In this document: positions 1 through 51,905 of the stretch, piece by piece
How the letters are laid out: each line of letters starts with the position of its first letter
Numbering within the stretch: position 1 is the first letter of the stretch
The notes under the pieces: generated by a model
What the model was told of the DNA's origin: nothing
Database searches by the model: none
Seen by the model: only the letters and a program-made list of their open reading frames with translations
Made by a program: the position numbers and the translations under genes
Assembly (NCBI RefSeq): GCF_009914755.1
Contig: NC_060943.1
Strand: one strand, 5' to 3'
Length of the DNA: 64,000 nucleotides
Source of the DNA: the human T2T-CHM13v2.0 reference genome, Homo sapiens

Positions 1-1181
1 GCAAGATTCGGAGCAAAACCCCATTAAATATTGAATGTATCAGTTATCGGAGGCGTTGTTGTCCAGACTGCCTGTTTATATCTCTCCCTCCTCTTCTGCT
101 TCCTCCCTCTCTTCCTCCTCCCCCGTCTCCTCCTCCCCCGTCTCCTTCTCCTGCTCAGGCGGCCTCCAGCGTCTCCTCCCAGGGGAAGGTCCCGGTTCCA
201 ATCCGGCTGCGGAGAGGCTGCCCCACCCTCGGGCCCCAGCCCCTCCCTTCCTGCCTGGGTCCTGCCCGCTGCCAGCCAAGCCTTTGGCCAGCTCTGGGAC
301 TGCCTCTGGGTGCAAGGGGCCCAGGGCTGGGGCCTTTCTCTACACAAGCAGGGCTTCCTCCCAGGCCCTTGAAGGGGTCTCTTGGTGGGGGTGAGGGGGG
401 TGTCCTGGGGCCCCGGGGCCTCTGCGGTAGCATGTCAGGCCAAGACACTTTTCTAGGATTTCTTTGAAGCTGGGAGGACCTCCCTCAGGAATGGGGAGGA
501 GGTTTCCTGGGCTGGGGTGGAATTTCAGGAAAGGGGGTGATGTGGAGGCTAGGGGTCTGAAGGCTGCATCTGTCGGTTAGAGGGGTGCTTGGTGAGGGGC
601 TTGTCCTGGAGGGAGGCTGTAAGGATCAAGCCCTGGGAGGGATTGTGGCTCTGGGGGTAGTTAGGGGCGTGACCTCAGAGCACAGCGTGAGAAGCTCAGG
701 GCTGAGAACTGGGAGCCAGCCCGGAGGTGGCTCAGGGGTTTTGGGAGGTTATAGTATATACAGTCTTAGAAACATTGAGTTCATTTATGGGGTCAGAGAA
801 ACTCCCAAGGAATAGATCTTTCTGGGGGTGCCAAGAATCTGGGGGCTTCTTCCATGGAGATGATTTGAGAGCTATTCAGGGTTTCTGAGAGGGGCTCAGG
901 GAGTTGCAGCGGAGAAAGCATGGGATGGAGGAGGGGCTGGTTTTCCTTGGGGGTGGGGTGGGAGAGTGGAGGTTTGGGCCTCCGGGAATGGGGGATTGTC
1001 AGGACTTGGGGTCTTGGAGATTTCTGGAATGGCCAAGGGGCAGGATGTCTTTTTAAATCTCGGGTCGGAGAGCAGGACTCTCTTAGGACTGGGTAGTCCC
1101 AGAAGAGTCTCAGGGCCAGGGTCTGGGTAGAATTTCTAGATTCTGGGGGCAGTCATGGAAGGGGCTAAGAATCAAACGTGG

Positions 1182-1497
1182 GGCCGGGCACGGTGGCTCA
1201 TGCCTGTAATCCCAGCACTTTGGGAGTCCAAGGCAGGCCGATCACGAGGTCAGGAGTTCGAGACCAGTCCAATATGGTGAAACCCCGTCTCTACTAAAAA
1301 ATACAAAAATTAGCCAGGCATGGTGGCACTCGCCTGTAGTCTCAGCTACTTGGGAGGCTGAGGCAGGAGAATTGCTTGAATCCAGGAGGCAGAGGTTGCA
1401 GTGAGCCAACATCGCACCACTGCACTCCACCGCACTCCAGCCTGGGTGACAGAGTGAGTGAGACTCTGTCTCAAAAAAAAAAAAAAAAGAAAAAAAA
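1182..1497 (+). mobile_element. Alu with target-site duplication
   Basis: GGCCGGGCACGGTGG...poly-A; flanks AAGAATCAAACGTGG and AAGAATCGAACGTGG. Confidence 0.95.
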
Positions 1498-1980
1498 GAA
1501 TCGAACGTGGTGGAATCTCAAAGGTGCTGGGCACTGGCATTCTCCCAGGAAGGCTCTCAATGGCTTAGAGGGGAAGTTGGGGACTGGGATTTGGGGGAGA
1601 TAGGGCTCAGGGTGGTGGAAGGTGGCACCAAGGGCGTGGTGGGGGTCCTGGGAGTGCTTAGGGTCCGAATGGGGTGAGTATTTTGTATTTAGCATGCTCC
1701 CAGGAGGTGCTCAAAGCCAGGTCAGCAGGTAAGCGGGGTCTTAGGCACTGGGAGAGGGAATAGTGGGTCTCGGGATGCGAGTGCAGAAGGAAGGGTCCCC
1801 CGTGCAGGGGATGGAGGCTCTCCAAGAGTTTAGGTTACAATCTGTGGGGATCTTTTAAGATTAGAGGGCCTTATAGGAGGGTCTCAGTGATGGGTCAAGG
1901 GGGAAAAGGGGTCTCGGGGATCCCCCCAAGGGCTCAGTTCTGGGTCCCGGGGGACACCCTCCCGGGTGAGGGCCCACTAC

Positions 1981-2133
1981 CTGGATGAACTGGATGGTCA
2001 GCGCGCTCTTGCCCACGCCGCCGCCGCCCACGACCACCAGCTTGTGTGTCTCGCTGGGCGGGGGGTCCCCGGGCCCAGGTCCCCCGCCCCGGGGCCGCCC
2101 CCGCCCTGTCCCGGACGCCGCCCCGCTGCTCAT
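1981..2133 (-). CDS. RRAS: R-Ras small GTPase, coding exon 1 (51 codons); remaining exons lie beyond the window start
   Basis: MSSGAASGTGRGRPRGGGPGPGDPPPSETHKLVVVGGGGVGKSALTIQFIQ includes the P-loop GGGGVGKS; ATG at 2133, donor CAG|GTAGTG at 1980. Confidence 0.98.
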
Positions 2134-2139
2134 GTCGCC

Positions 2140-2760
2140 ACCGCTGCTGCTGCCTTCGCTACCGCCTGCGGGGGAGCCGGGCGGGACCCGGGGGGGCGGG
2201 CTACGCTAATGAGGCTACTGCATAATCATGAGCTCTGGCAAGGAGGGCTCGCGTCTCCGGACACTTAAGGAGGGGGACGGGCCAAAGAAAGGGAGGAGCT
2301 ATGTTAATAAGGGAAAGGGAACGGCGTTCGCTGCGAAGGGGAATTCCGAATGAGGCGGGGCTATGCTAATGAGAGACCTGTGCTTTGCCCTGAGCGGCGC
2401 CACGCGCTCTCAGCGGGAGGGCGGTCTGTGGGCGTGGCTATGCTAATAAGAATTTATTCTTTCAGCAGACGGGGCGGAAAGTTCCTCAGGGGAGGGGCTA
2501 TGCAAATAAGGACCCCTGTGACACTGCTGCTTGGGGCATCGTCTCCGAGGCCTTAGTATGGTAGGCGGAGCTCGTCGACTCGCGCGCGCGGCCGTATATA
2601 GGGCGCTCCGAGGAAGCAGCAGGTTTTGAGGAGTAGCTCCACCTCCCTCCTGGGATCCTAGCCAAGCTTTCGACCCCGGCGTCTGGGTTAGAAGCTAGAG
2701 TCTCCGCCCGCTAAGGGACCCAGGCTTCCGGTTCCCGCTGTCCCAGCCAAGCGGAAGACA
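2140..2760 (-). promoter_or_regulatory. RRAS CpG-island promoter with GC boxes and octamer-like repeats
   Basis: CpG-rich sequence just upstream of the RRAS ATG; five GC-box+(A/C)TGCWAAT-like modules at 2193-2511. Confidence 0.8.
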
Positions 2761-2889
2761 GACTGGGAGGAGAGTGGGGCCCTAGAGGGGGACAGCAGGG
2801 TAACGGGGCAGGGAGGGGCCGTGAGATCACTGCATTCCTAATCCATGAGCCAGCTCGCCCAAGTAGGGATGCCTGGGTCATGAAGAGCC

Positions 2890-3778
<889 letters not shown>

Positions 3779-3859
3779 TGGTTCTAAATTTAGGGGGGCC
3801 TAGAGGATCTGGATTCTGAGAGCCCCAGAATGTGGGCAGCACAACATCCAGCAAGTCGT

Positions 3860-4560
3860 GCTCACTCCGCCGGACTACAATTCCCTTGCGTCTGTTCTGC
3901 CTGGCGCCTCTTACGTCACCTCCTGTTCCGCCACCCTTTCCGCGCGCGCGCAGGGCACTGTGGGGCGTCATCGCGGGCTACCGCGGCCCCGCCCACTTCA
4001 CCTCTCACCCCATTAGCTGTCCCCGCGCGACAGAGGCGGTGCGCGGACTACGCCTCCCGGCGTGCATCGCGCGGACCCCGCCCCATGTGTCCCATTGGCT
4101 TCTGGGAAACCGAGTGCGGTTGCCTTCCCGCCGGCCTTCACGTCGCCGTGCTCGGTACTTGAAATCCCGGCAAGCTCGGCGGCGCTTTAGCTCCGCCTCT
4201 CTCCTCCTTTGCTCACGAACCCCGCCCCAGCCCGCCCCGCCCCGCGCCGGGGCCGGAGCCGCAGCCCGAGCGGCGGGGTAAGATGGCGGCGGCAGTCCGG
4301 GCCGCGGGGCTCGGGCCTATTGGGGTGGGCGGGGCGGAGTTGGGTCGCTAGTTGTCCCGGGGTCCTCCCCACAAGCCACGGGTCCTAGAGGGCTTCTCGG
4401 GGCGGTCTCGGGCCCGGCAGCTGCGGCGAAACCTGGCGCCGAGAGGGGGGCCTTCTCAGGGCCCCGGGACGCATCCGTGGGTTCCTGGGGGCGTCTATGG
4501 GGCGTCTCCGAGAGGACTTGGGGCGTCTCTGGGCCTAGACCGAGCCTAAGGCCTGCCCTC
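3860..4560 (+). promoter_or_regulatory. SCAF1 CpG-island promoter and non-coding exon 1 (donor GGG|GTAAGA after 4277)
   Basis: ZNF143-type sites ACTACAATTCCC (3874-3885) and ACTACGCCTCCCGGCGTGCATCGCG (4047-4071), CRE-like TTACGTCA (3911), GC boxes, YY1 motif at 4280-4290. Confidence 0.8.
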
Positions 4561-7061
4561 CATCACACAGCTGGCCTGGATCGTGTCTGTAGACACTGTA
4601 GATTGTCTTTTTGGGCTGACCGGAGGCTAGGGTCTGGTTAGAGGGTTCTGGGGCCATCTTGAGATCTTGAGATATGTCCCAGGGGTGAAGGAGGGTCTGC
4701 AAGACCTGAAGAGTATCTTCAGAGCCATCTAGAGGCCTGGGGTATGTCTTTTAGGGCTGGAAAGTGTCTGCATGGGCTGGCCTGAGGATGCAACTGGTCT
4801 GCATAAGTCTGGGGCCATTTATCAGGCCTAGAAGGAGTGTTCAAGGGCTAAGAAGTCATTTAGGGCCCCCTAGGGGGTTGGGTTATGCCCACCAGGGAAG
4901 GGCGCCAAATATTGAGATGTACTGAGGGTCTGGGGTCTCCAAGGTATGGGTAGTGTCTAATAATGGGTGACAGGAGGCTGGGGGCAGTTAGAAGGACCTG
5001 GAACCATCTAGATGGCTTTAATGTGACTGCAGGAATGCAGTTTTGATGCCTGGAGCAAATTCGAATGCCTTTGGGGTCAGAGCAGCTTGTGGCGAATAAT
5101 AATACGGAAAGAGAATGAGGAAATTTTGCCCAGCTTAGATATACTTGCCCTTCAGACAGTAATTCAAATGAAAAATGTTTTAAGATTCTGCATTACCCTG
5201 GGGGTTATTGAGAGAGTTAGAATTAATCTACATTAGTCTGGAAGAGTCTGGAGGGTCATCTAGACCCACTATTACAGTGCTTTTCAAGGGGAAACCTGGG
5301 CCATGTTGACCGTGATCTGCATTAAGATACATTTTTTCATTGAGACCTGGTACAGACAGTCATAATGTATTTAACATTATATAACATAATGTATTAACAT
5401 TAACTCACCTTCCACGAATTGACATTTCCACTTACTACTTGTGCTGTGCTGTGAAGAACTATTTTGTTCTATTTACTTTTTAAAACAAGCTATTTGTGAA
5501 GCACTAAACTGGTATATGACCCTGTTGTTGGGGAAACCACTGATCCAGATAGGACCTAGCAGTATCTGCAGAGCATTCTTCTGTTCAGAAGATCTCAGTA
5601 GCTGAGGGTGTGTCTGCGAAGCCTGGTGCTTTCTAAATGAGCAAGCAAGCATCTTTGTATACTGCAGAGGGTTTGGGGATCCCTCAGCCTGTAGTCAGCA
5701 GATGTTGATTAAGCTTCTGATATGTGACAGTCACTGTTGTAGGTAGCATGTGCTTCCCCGGGAGGTGCTGGAGAGCAGTTCCAGGGCCAGGAACTGGGGC
5801 TGAGCTTATTGAGTATTGGTGAAAGAGGCTGGGATGTAATAGACTATCAGGGTTGGGTGTGTCTTAGGAAGTTAGGAATTAGGTGGAGCTGGGAGGCTGA
5901 ATATGGAGGCTTGGCATGGTTTGAAAATCTATATGGGATCTAGAACAGGACCAGGGCCTTGTCTTTGCAGGCATGCTGTGGGGGAAGCGAGGAGACAGAT
6001 GTAGGGGAAACCTGGGCGTTAAGGGCTAATAGTGTCATTCCTCTTCATCCGTATTGAGCACTTGAGGTGCTCTAAATGTGTGGCAGAAGTCAGGCTTTGA
6101 GTATTCACAGCCATTCTCTGAGATAGATGCTCCTATTTCGTGCATTTACAATTAAGCATACTGAGTTGTGGGTTAGGGATTTTGAAGCTTTCTAGGAATT
6201 TTGAGATTGGATATTGTCTTATGAGTAGCAGATTTGACAGTCATGGGGAAGCTTACAGCTGAAATATTCATATTTTTCTGAAGCCCTAATCAAGACATCC
6301 ACCTGTTTGATGGATGATCTTTCAACTGCCTGACTGGGGAATCATATCAAAGAATTTCCATGACATTGCAAAGGCTTTGTGCAGATGGCGATAGGTAAAT
6401 GCCTCCTGTGAAGTTTTCCTTCGGCATGTCTTTCTGAAGTTTAGCGTTTTCATTTTAAAAATGGCATACTGGTTTTGCAGATCACTCAATGAAGTTTCCA
6501 ACTTAGGTGTATAAATACAATTTGGGGGTGGTCCTCACCATCGAGGACAGTTGATGCTCTAGGAAGCCGTGTGGTGTTTAAGGCATGGTGTTGAATATTG
6601 CCCAGCACATTGGCCTTGGGAAAGGTGGGTTTATAGGACTGTGGAACACACCCTTTGAAATCACAGTGCAGCACACACAAAAAACCTTGGTGTTGGCTTT
6701 GCCTCTTAGGAGGCCAGGGAATGAGGTCTTGAAGTTTGGATAGGTTGTTGGGGAAGCTGCGGGAATTGAGGAGTGAGATGTTAAAAGCGGAGGCCAGGGA
6801 GGCCTCCCTTTGACATAAGAGGCACCTGAAACCCAGAAAAAAGGAAGAGAATTGCTCCTAGTCCCTGGGGTGTCTGTGCTGGGTCCAGCGCCCACCCAAG
6901 CACAGGGTGGAGTGGGAGGAGGTGGAGGAGAGGAGGGGTGCCAGAGGGGATGCTGAGGGAGATAGTGTGGGGCCCTTGAGGTCTTCATGTCTATCCTCTA
7001 CTTCCATCCTTTCTCCCGGGACCTCCACTCCAAACTCTACCCCCTGGACCCCCAGGTGACC

Positions 7062-20428
<13,367 letters not shown>

Positions 20429-20648
20429 GAGCCCTGGCCAGCTCTTCGCCCCTCACCTCTTTGAAACTCTGGACGTATTTATGGCTCCACCTCCCCACCT
20501 CCCTCCCCCGTCAGTGGGATGACTGGGGGAGGGTTGCTGCAGGGAAGAGGAGAGCCCCCTGCCCTGCCCTGCCCCGTGCCCACCTCCCTTGCCCCCAAGC
20601 CTGTCCCCAGTGCCCCTCCCTTCTGTTTGTGCCCCTCTCCCCAATTTC

Positions 20649-20654
20649 ATTAAA
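20649..20654 (+). terminator. SCAF1 polyadenylation signal (ATTAAA)
   Basis: ATTAAA about 220 nt after the SCAF1 stop codon. Confidence 0.75.
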
Positions 20655-21616
20655 GATTTCATGAAACATTACCCCTGAGCCCCATGGTTCTAACCCTTTG
20701 TTTTCGGAGACAAATTTGCCAGAGGGTTGGGGAGGGACCCCCAGGAGGCTGAGGATGGGAGACAGAGACCAGACTGTGACTTGGGGCAGCTGCCTCCCCT
20801 GGGCCTCAGTTTTCTTATCTGTGTAGTGGGTGTTGTGATGATTGAACAAGACACAGGTGGAGCACTTAGCACAGTCTCTGGCTGGGAGCGAGCTGCTCAC
20901 AGGGAGGCAGGGGCCGGACCCCACCTGATCAGCATCTTCCCAGCTCGGCTCCTGGGTGCCATGTGCCTGCCTTGGAATTGCTCCCAGAGCAGGATCTGTG
21001 TTCCCCATTGAGTTGGCTTCTCTTTTCAGCAGCCCCGTGAAGCTGGGGTGATCTCATCAACTGTCCTGAGAGGGAAACTGAGGCACAGAGCAGCAAGGGC
21101 CGAAGGGTGAGTCAGGGCTGCGCTGGCTTCTGCCAGTTTCATCACCCAGAACTGCGGCCCAACCAGGAGAGGTGACAGTGCCCAGGGTCACCAGGCAGGC
21201 AGGCTTTGCAGGCTCCAGGGTGGCCGCAGAGCCCCTTTACCAAGACCCCTCCAGCCCCACGTGGAGGGGAGCCTGAGGCCTGGAAGGAGAAGGACCACTT
21301 GCCCAAACTGTTCATAGGCAAGGCAGGGGGCCTGGGTTCTGGCTAGTCTTTGTGTTTCCTACTCTGTGACCTTTGCGCCTCTCCCAGCCTGTGTCTTGGT
21401 CTACAACACGGGGACAGCCATCACCCACCAGGTCCCTGGGCAGAAGTGAGGAGGTGTCAGCTGCCCCCTGCAGTGCTTGGTCTTCATGCATTGAGCACCT
21501 GAGTTGTATATAGCTGCACAGATGGGTAAACTGAGACCCTGAGCGGGAATAACAACCATATTGGGTCAGAGGGCACCCAACACCAGACACGCACAAGTGA
21601 TCATAGCAGGAACCAG

Positions 21617-21622
21617 TTTATT
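21617..21622 (-). terminator. IRF3 polyadenylation signal (AATAAA)
   Basis: TTTATT on the + strand, about 55 nt past the IRF3 stop codon. Confidence 0.85.
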
Positions 21623-21676
21623 GGTTGAGGTGGTGGGGAACAGGGGGGTTGGAGGCACACCATGAGGAGCGAGGGC

Positions 21677-26908
<5,232 letters not shown>

Positions 26909-27893
26909 GGTCCGGCCTGCGCGTATAGGGCATTTCCTGGGCGCGACCGGCCTCCCCCGGACCCACCTGGCCTGGAGTTTCCGCACCCAGACCTCCTTCT
27001 CACGGGCCACGGCACAGGTCCTTCACCCATATTTTCGGGGGTACAAACAGGAAACCTCCTCTTCCCATCCTCCCATCCTCCCGAGAGGCTCTCTAATCAG
27101 CTAGGGTTCCTTCCCATATCCATGGCACATCCTTCCCCAGCGTCTTCAGTGCAGACCCTCCACTCCCTCAATTCCGCCAGTATAGACCTCCTCCCTCCCC
27201 CACATCATCGAAAGTAAGTATCCCCACTTTCAGGGTAGCATCCTCTTTCCCTAGTTATTTCAGTGCAGAATCGATTCACGTGTAAGCCTCTACCTCCTGC
27301 ACTTACCCCAATGTAGACCCCCTTCCACAGTCCCCCTACAGAAGATCTCCCAAAACATTTCCAACACAGAACTTCCATTCAATTCCCCTCCGACTGCCCG
27401 CCTCCCTCCTCCAGGACAGAGCACGCCCCAGGTTTCGAGACTGAACTACCCCCATCTACGGAGTCCACCCCTCCCTCTCTAGAACCCCCTCAGTGTAGAC
27501 GCCTCCTCTTTTCCTCTTTCCTCCCTACTTTTTCTAGTTTTTCTGCAGCCGACCTCCAGCGTCGGCCACTGTAGCTCCTTCCTTGCTCCACTTTCCCCAG
27601 AGTACACAGCCTGCCTTTCCACTCTCCGTGCAGACCCATCCTCTTTCCCGCTCCTCGCTCTCGGACGCCACCAACGCTCTCCCAGGCTCTTCCGCGTTAC
27701 CTACGATGGAAGGTCGGGGCGTGCGGGCAGCTGGAACCCCCCCCTGTCTTGGAGCTCCGGGTAGCTCTCAAACTCGAGGCTGCGCACCCCCTTTCCCGTC
27801 AGCTGAGCTCTAGAGCGCTGGGGCTTTCTTTTCGATCGACTTCTTGAAATAAAACCAACTTTATCATTCTTTGGGTAACAGACCCAAAAGCCG

Positions 27894-35818
<7,925 letters not shown>

Positions 35819-36412
35819 GCTCTTTCTCAGAAGCTGCTACAAGATGACACCTCATGTCCCTGCCCTCTTCGTGTGCTTTTCCAAGTCTTCCTATTCCACT
35901 CAGGGCTGTGGGGTGGTGGTTGCCCTACCTGTTTTTGCCAAAAATAAATTGTTTAAAACTTTTCTTATTAAAAACGTTACAAAGTATTCAATTGTCTGTT
36001 CTTACACTTGGGAACTAAAGTTTTAAGGAGAGGAGATTTGGTTCAGAGATTTCTGTGGCTTACGCAAATTGAGGAAAGAACCAGTTCATTCATTCTAGAA
36101 ATATTTATTTGCAGCACCTACAAGAGCCTGTCTCCTGGACATGTAACATATTTGAGAGAATACCTGTAAATATTCCAGCAACTTGCATTTTTTTTTCCTA
36201 TTGCACGATCTGGTTATTCTAGCTAATGCTGTATGATGGTCATGGAGTCTTTCCAGTGAATTCCACAGAAAGGTACAGTCTAACTTCACCTGTGTCTAGG
36301 ACACCACCCTCTTCTTGTTTTTCTCCTCCCATTGCTCCTTTCAAGTCTCTCTTGCTGGTTTCTCATCTACCTACAGACCAGTGGTTTGTCTCACACACAC
36401 CCCCCACTCTCC

Positions 36413-38217
<1,805 letters not shown>

Positions 38218-39350
38218 ACCCTATTGTAAATTTTAAGTCTCAGGCGTTTGCCAGCGGCACGCCAGAGAGTATAGCCTGCGCGGAGGCCCAGAAACCAAAG
38301 AGCGAGCTCATTCCGGGATTGGAGAGAAGTGTGAGCAGAGGGAAGTAGAGGGATCGGGGAGAGGAGGGGCAGGACCCACGCATTCGGCCCTTTGCATTCA
38401 GCTTCATTCAACTAGGAACTTTTTCTGCAAATCAAGGAAAGCTTCCCGGAGGAAGTGGTGCCTAAGCTGTGCTCTGATTCACGTTTAGAAGCTGACCAGA
38501 CAAAGAGAGGTGGGCGTTCCTGGCAGGGGGAGGGACTTGGCAAAAACCAAGTGGCTTGAGAGGGGTTGATGGTTTTAAAAAACTTGGAATGATTATGTCA
38601 AGGGCTAGGGATTTAATGTGTTGACGACGGACTCCTATTCCTCACTTGCTTCGGGACCCCAGCTATGCCCTTCCTCTCTCTGGGCCTCTCACCGATTCCG
38701 TTTTTCCCCCAGGTAATGAGCACAAGCTCCCTTTTTCCTCCAGACTCCCCCCGGGTTGGGAGGATCCACCGAGTGGACGAGGAGTGATAATTCCTTTGAG
38801 CCAATCGTTGGTGCCTGAAGCCCCGCCTTCTTCCCTACCCGTGGGCCAATTGCCGTGTTCTCCTTGAGGCCGGCCGCTTGGCGAGGGTGGGCCAAAGGCT
38901 GCGTGACGTCGCTTCCGGATAAACCAATGGCAGCGATTAGGAGGCGGGTCGTTTTGGTGATGGACAGGTGTTTCAAGACGCCCCTTTAGCGCGGGGCTCC
39001 CCGGGAAGCTTTGAGGCGGTGCTGGGTGTAAAGGGGAGGGCATTCCTGGTGGATTTTGCCCAATCACCAGTCGCGCTTGTTGCAATAGACGGGCAGTTTT
39101 CCCCATCCCGGGTCGACTTGAGGGGGCGGGATTCTGGACGCCAGAGTTGGCAAACCCCTGACCTATGATGGACGTATTCTCTAGCCAATTACTAGACGGT
39201 ATTCTCAGACGGGCCGCCTCCATTGCCAATGAAATCTTCCAGCGGGGTCGCGGTAGGCGGGCCGTGGACCCTCTGGTATAAGGCGGTCCCGGGGGAGTGA
39301 GGAGAAAGGGGGGGTCTTGGCGGCCGGAGGAGGAGTAGGTGCGGGTGAAG

Positions 39351-50313
<10,963 letters not shown>

Positions 50314-51905
50314 GGCCCGGCTCTCCCGCCCTGCACGAGCCCAGGGGCTGAGCGTTCCTAGGCGGTTTCGGGGCTCCCCCTTCCTCTCCCTCCCTCCCGC
50401 AGAAGGGGGTTTTAGGGGCCTGGGCTGGGGGGATGGGGAGGGCACATCGTGACTGTGTTTTTCATAACTTATGTTTTTATATGGTTGCATTTACGCCAAT
50501 AAATCCTCAGCTGGGGTCTGGCTTTGTTTCCTGGGGGCAAAGGAGGTTTGGGGTTCCTTTCGCAGGTACTGCAGTGCCAGCCTCAGCAGTGGGGGGACCG
50601 GCCTTGGCACCTGCTGGTGGCTGCCATTCTGTGGATCTGCGTCTCCCGTCCCCCGTCTCTAGGCCTCTTGCTCCCCTTCCTTGGTTCCTTCTCGGGGTCC
50701 CTGTCCTCCACAGCTGTCTCTCAGGGTCTTTGTCCAACTCTTTTCATCCCTCTCCTGGGTCTGCGCCCCTCCCCTCTGCGGTACCCGTGTCCTGCCTAGT
50801 AGGGGATGGGGGTGGCTTTCCAGCACAGCCAGCCCTCAAGTTTCCCAGAACAGTCTCCCCACCTCCCCCCAACACTCGACATTGTTCCTCTCTGGCTGTT
50901 TTTTCCTGTTCGGGTCCCTTCAAGGCCCAACTGTGCCCAGCCCTCTGCAGCTGGGGACACTGAGTGGGTTGGGGGTGTATGTTTGCAAGGATAGAATTTC
51001 TCATGGGGGAGTGGCCCTGCTTCCTCCCCTAGAATGGCTTGGGGCTTAGGGCTGGGGACTTGCCCTCCATGGAGGTCAGTGGGAGTTGCAGCTGTAAGGT
51101 GGCAGGGCCTACCCATCTTACAGAGGTGAAGACGAGGTCCCTCTGCCTCTGCTGCAGACATGGCGTCTGCACCCACCCTTCCACCCTCAGGGCCTGGCCA
51201 CGGGGTCCTGGGTCCCCCACAATACTGTGCACTCGACCTGGTTGACCCAGGACACCCTCCTCGTTGAACAGCCCTGGCTACACCTGCTTCAGTGCAACTG
51301 GAGCCCTCACCGGCGAGTGCCTGACACCTCGGCCTTTTCTCTTCCGGAGGGGCGCTCCTCAGTGTGTTTGGGGTCTCCCTCGCTCCACGCCCTCCAGGGG
51401 GCCGCATGTGCACTTGCCCTGCATTGCCTGGCCCCCGAGGTTCCAGGGTCTCAACTGTCTACTAACCGGCTTCCCGACAGGGTGAGGGTGAGGTCGCATC
51501 TACAACCAGAGCCAGCGCTTCCCCGCCGCCACCCCTTTTCTTGGAATCCCGCTGCTTAGCTACCTGCGGGTGTCATTGGCCCCGCCCCATTTCCCCACGC
51601 TTTGAAGGGGGCGAGTCTCCACAGACCTCCTAGGGGGATAGACAGCAGCTGGTGTGACCCCACACACCCAGTGAGGTCTCTGGAGCCGCGGTGCGGGAAG
51701 CGGGGACCCGGGTTTGAATCCTGCCCCTCTGGTGTGGTGCGGCCTCTTCCCACAGACTTTTGGCCTCAGTGTTCCCCGCCTGGGAAGTGGGGACTGGCCC
51801 TGGTACCTGGCTCCAGAGCTGCACCCAGAGGCGATCAGCCCGGTGCGGGAACGGGGCGGGGTGGCCGCAACTACGGGCCACGGATCCTGACCCGCCCTGC
51901 CCACG

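Noticed and set aside
24-448. Overlapping ORFs with acidic/basic runs and an IGTGTF kinase-like word in RRAS intron 1
   Set aside because: Produced by a CT-rich low-complexity tract; the frame closes just upstream and no other kinase motifs follow
2193-2511. CRISPR-like reading of the repeat-spacer pattern in the RRAS promoter
   Set aside because: Human DNA, degenerate repeats, irregular 60-98 bp periods and no cas genes; better explained as clustered TF sites
2592-2603. CCGTATATAGG as a CArG or TATA box
   Set aside because: Does not fit CC(A/T)6GG and lies ~400 bp from the likely RRAS start
26909-27010. In-frame N-terminal extension of IRF3 (MAREKEVW...)
   Set aside because: Starts at GTG in intron 1, upstream of the exon-2 acceptor at 26917
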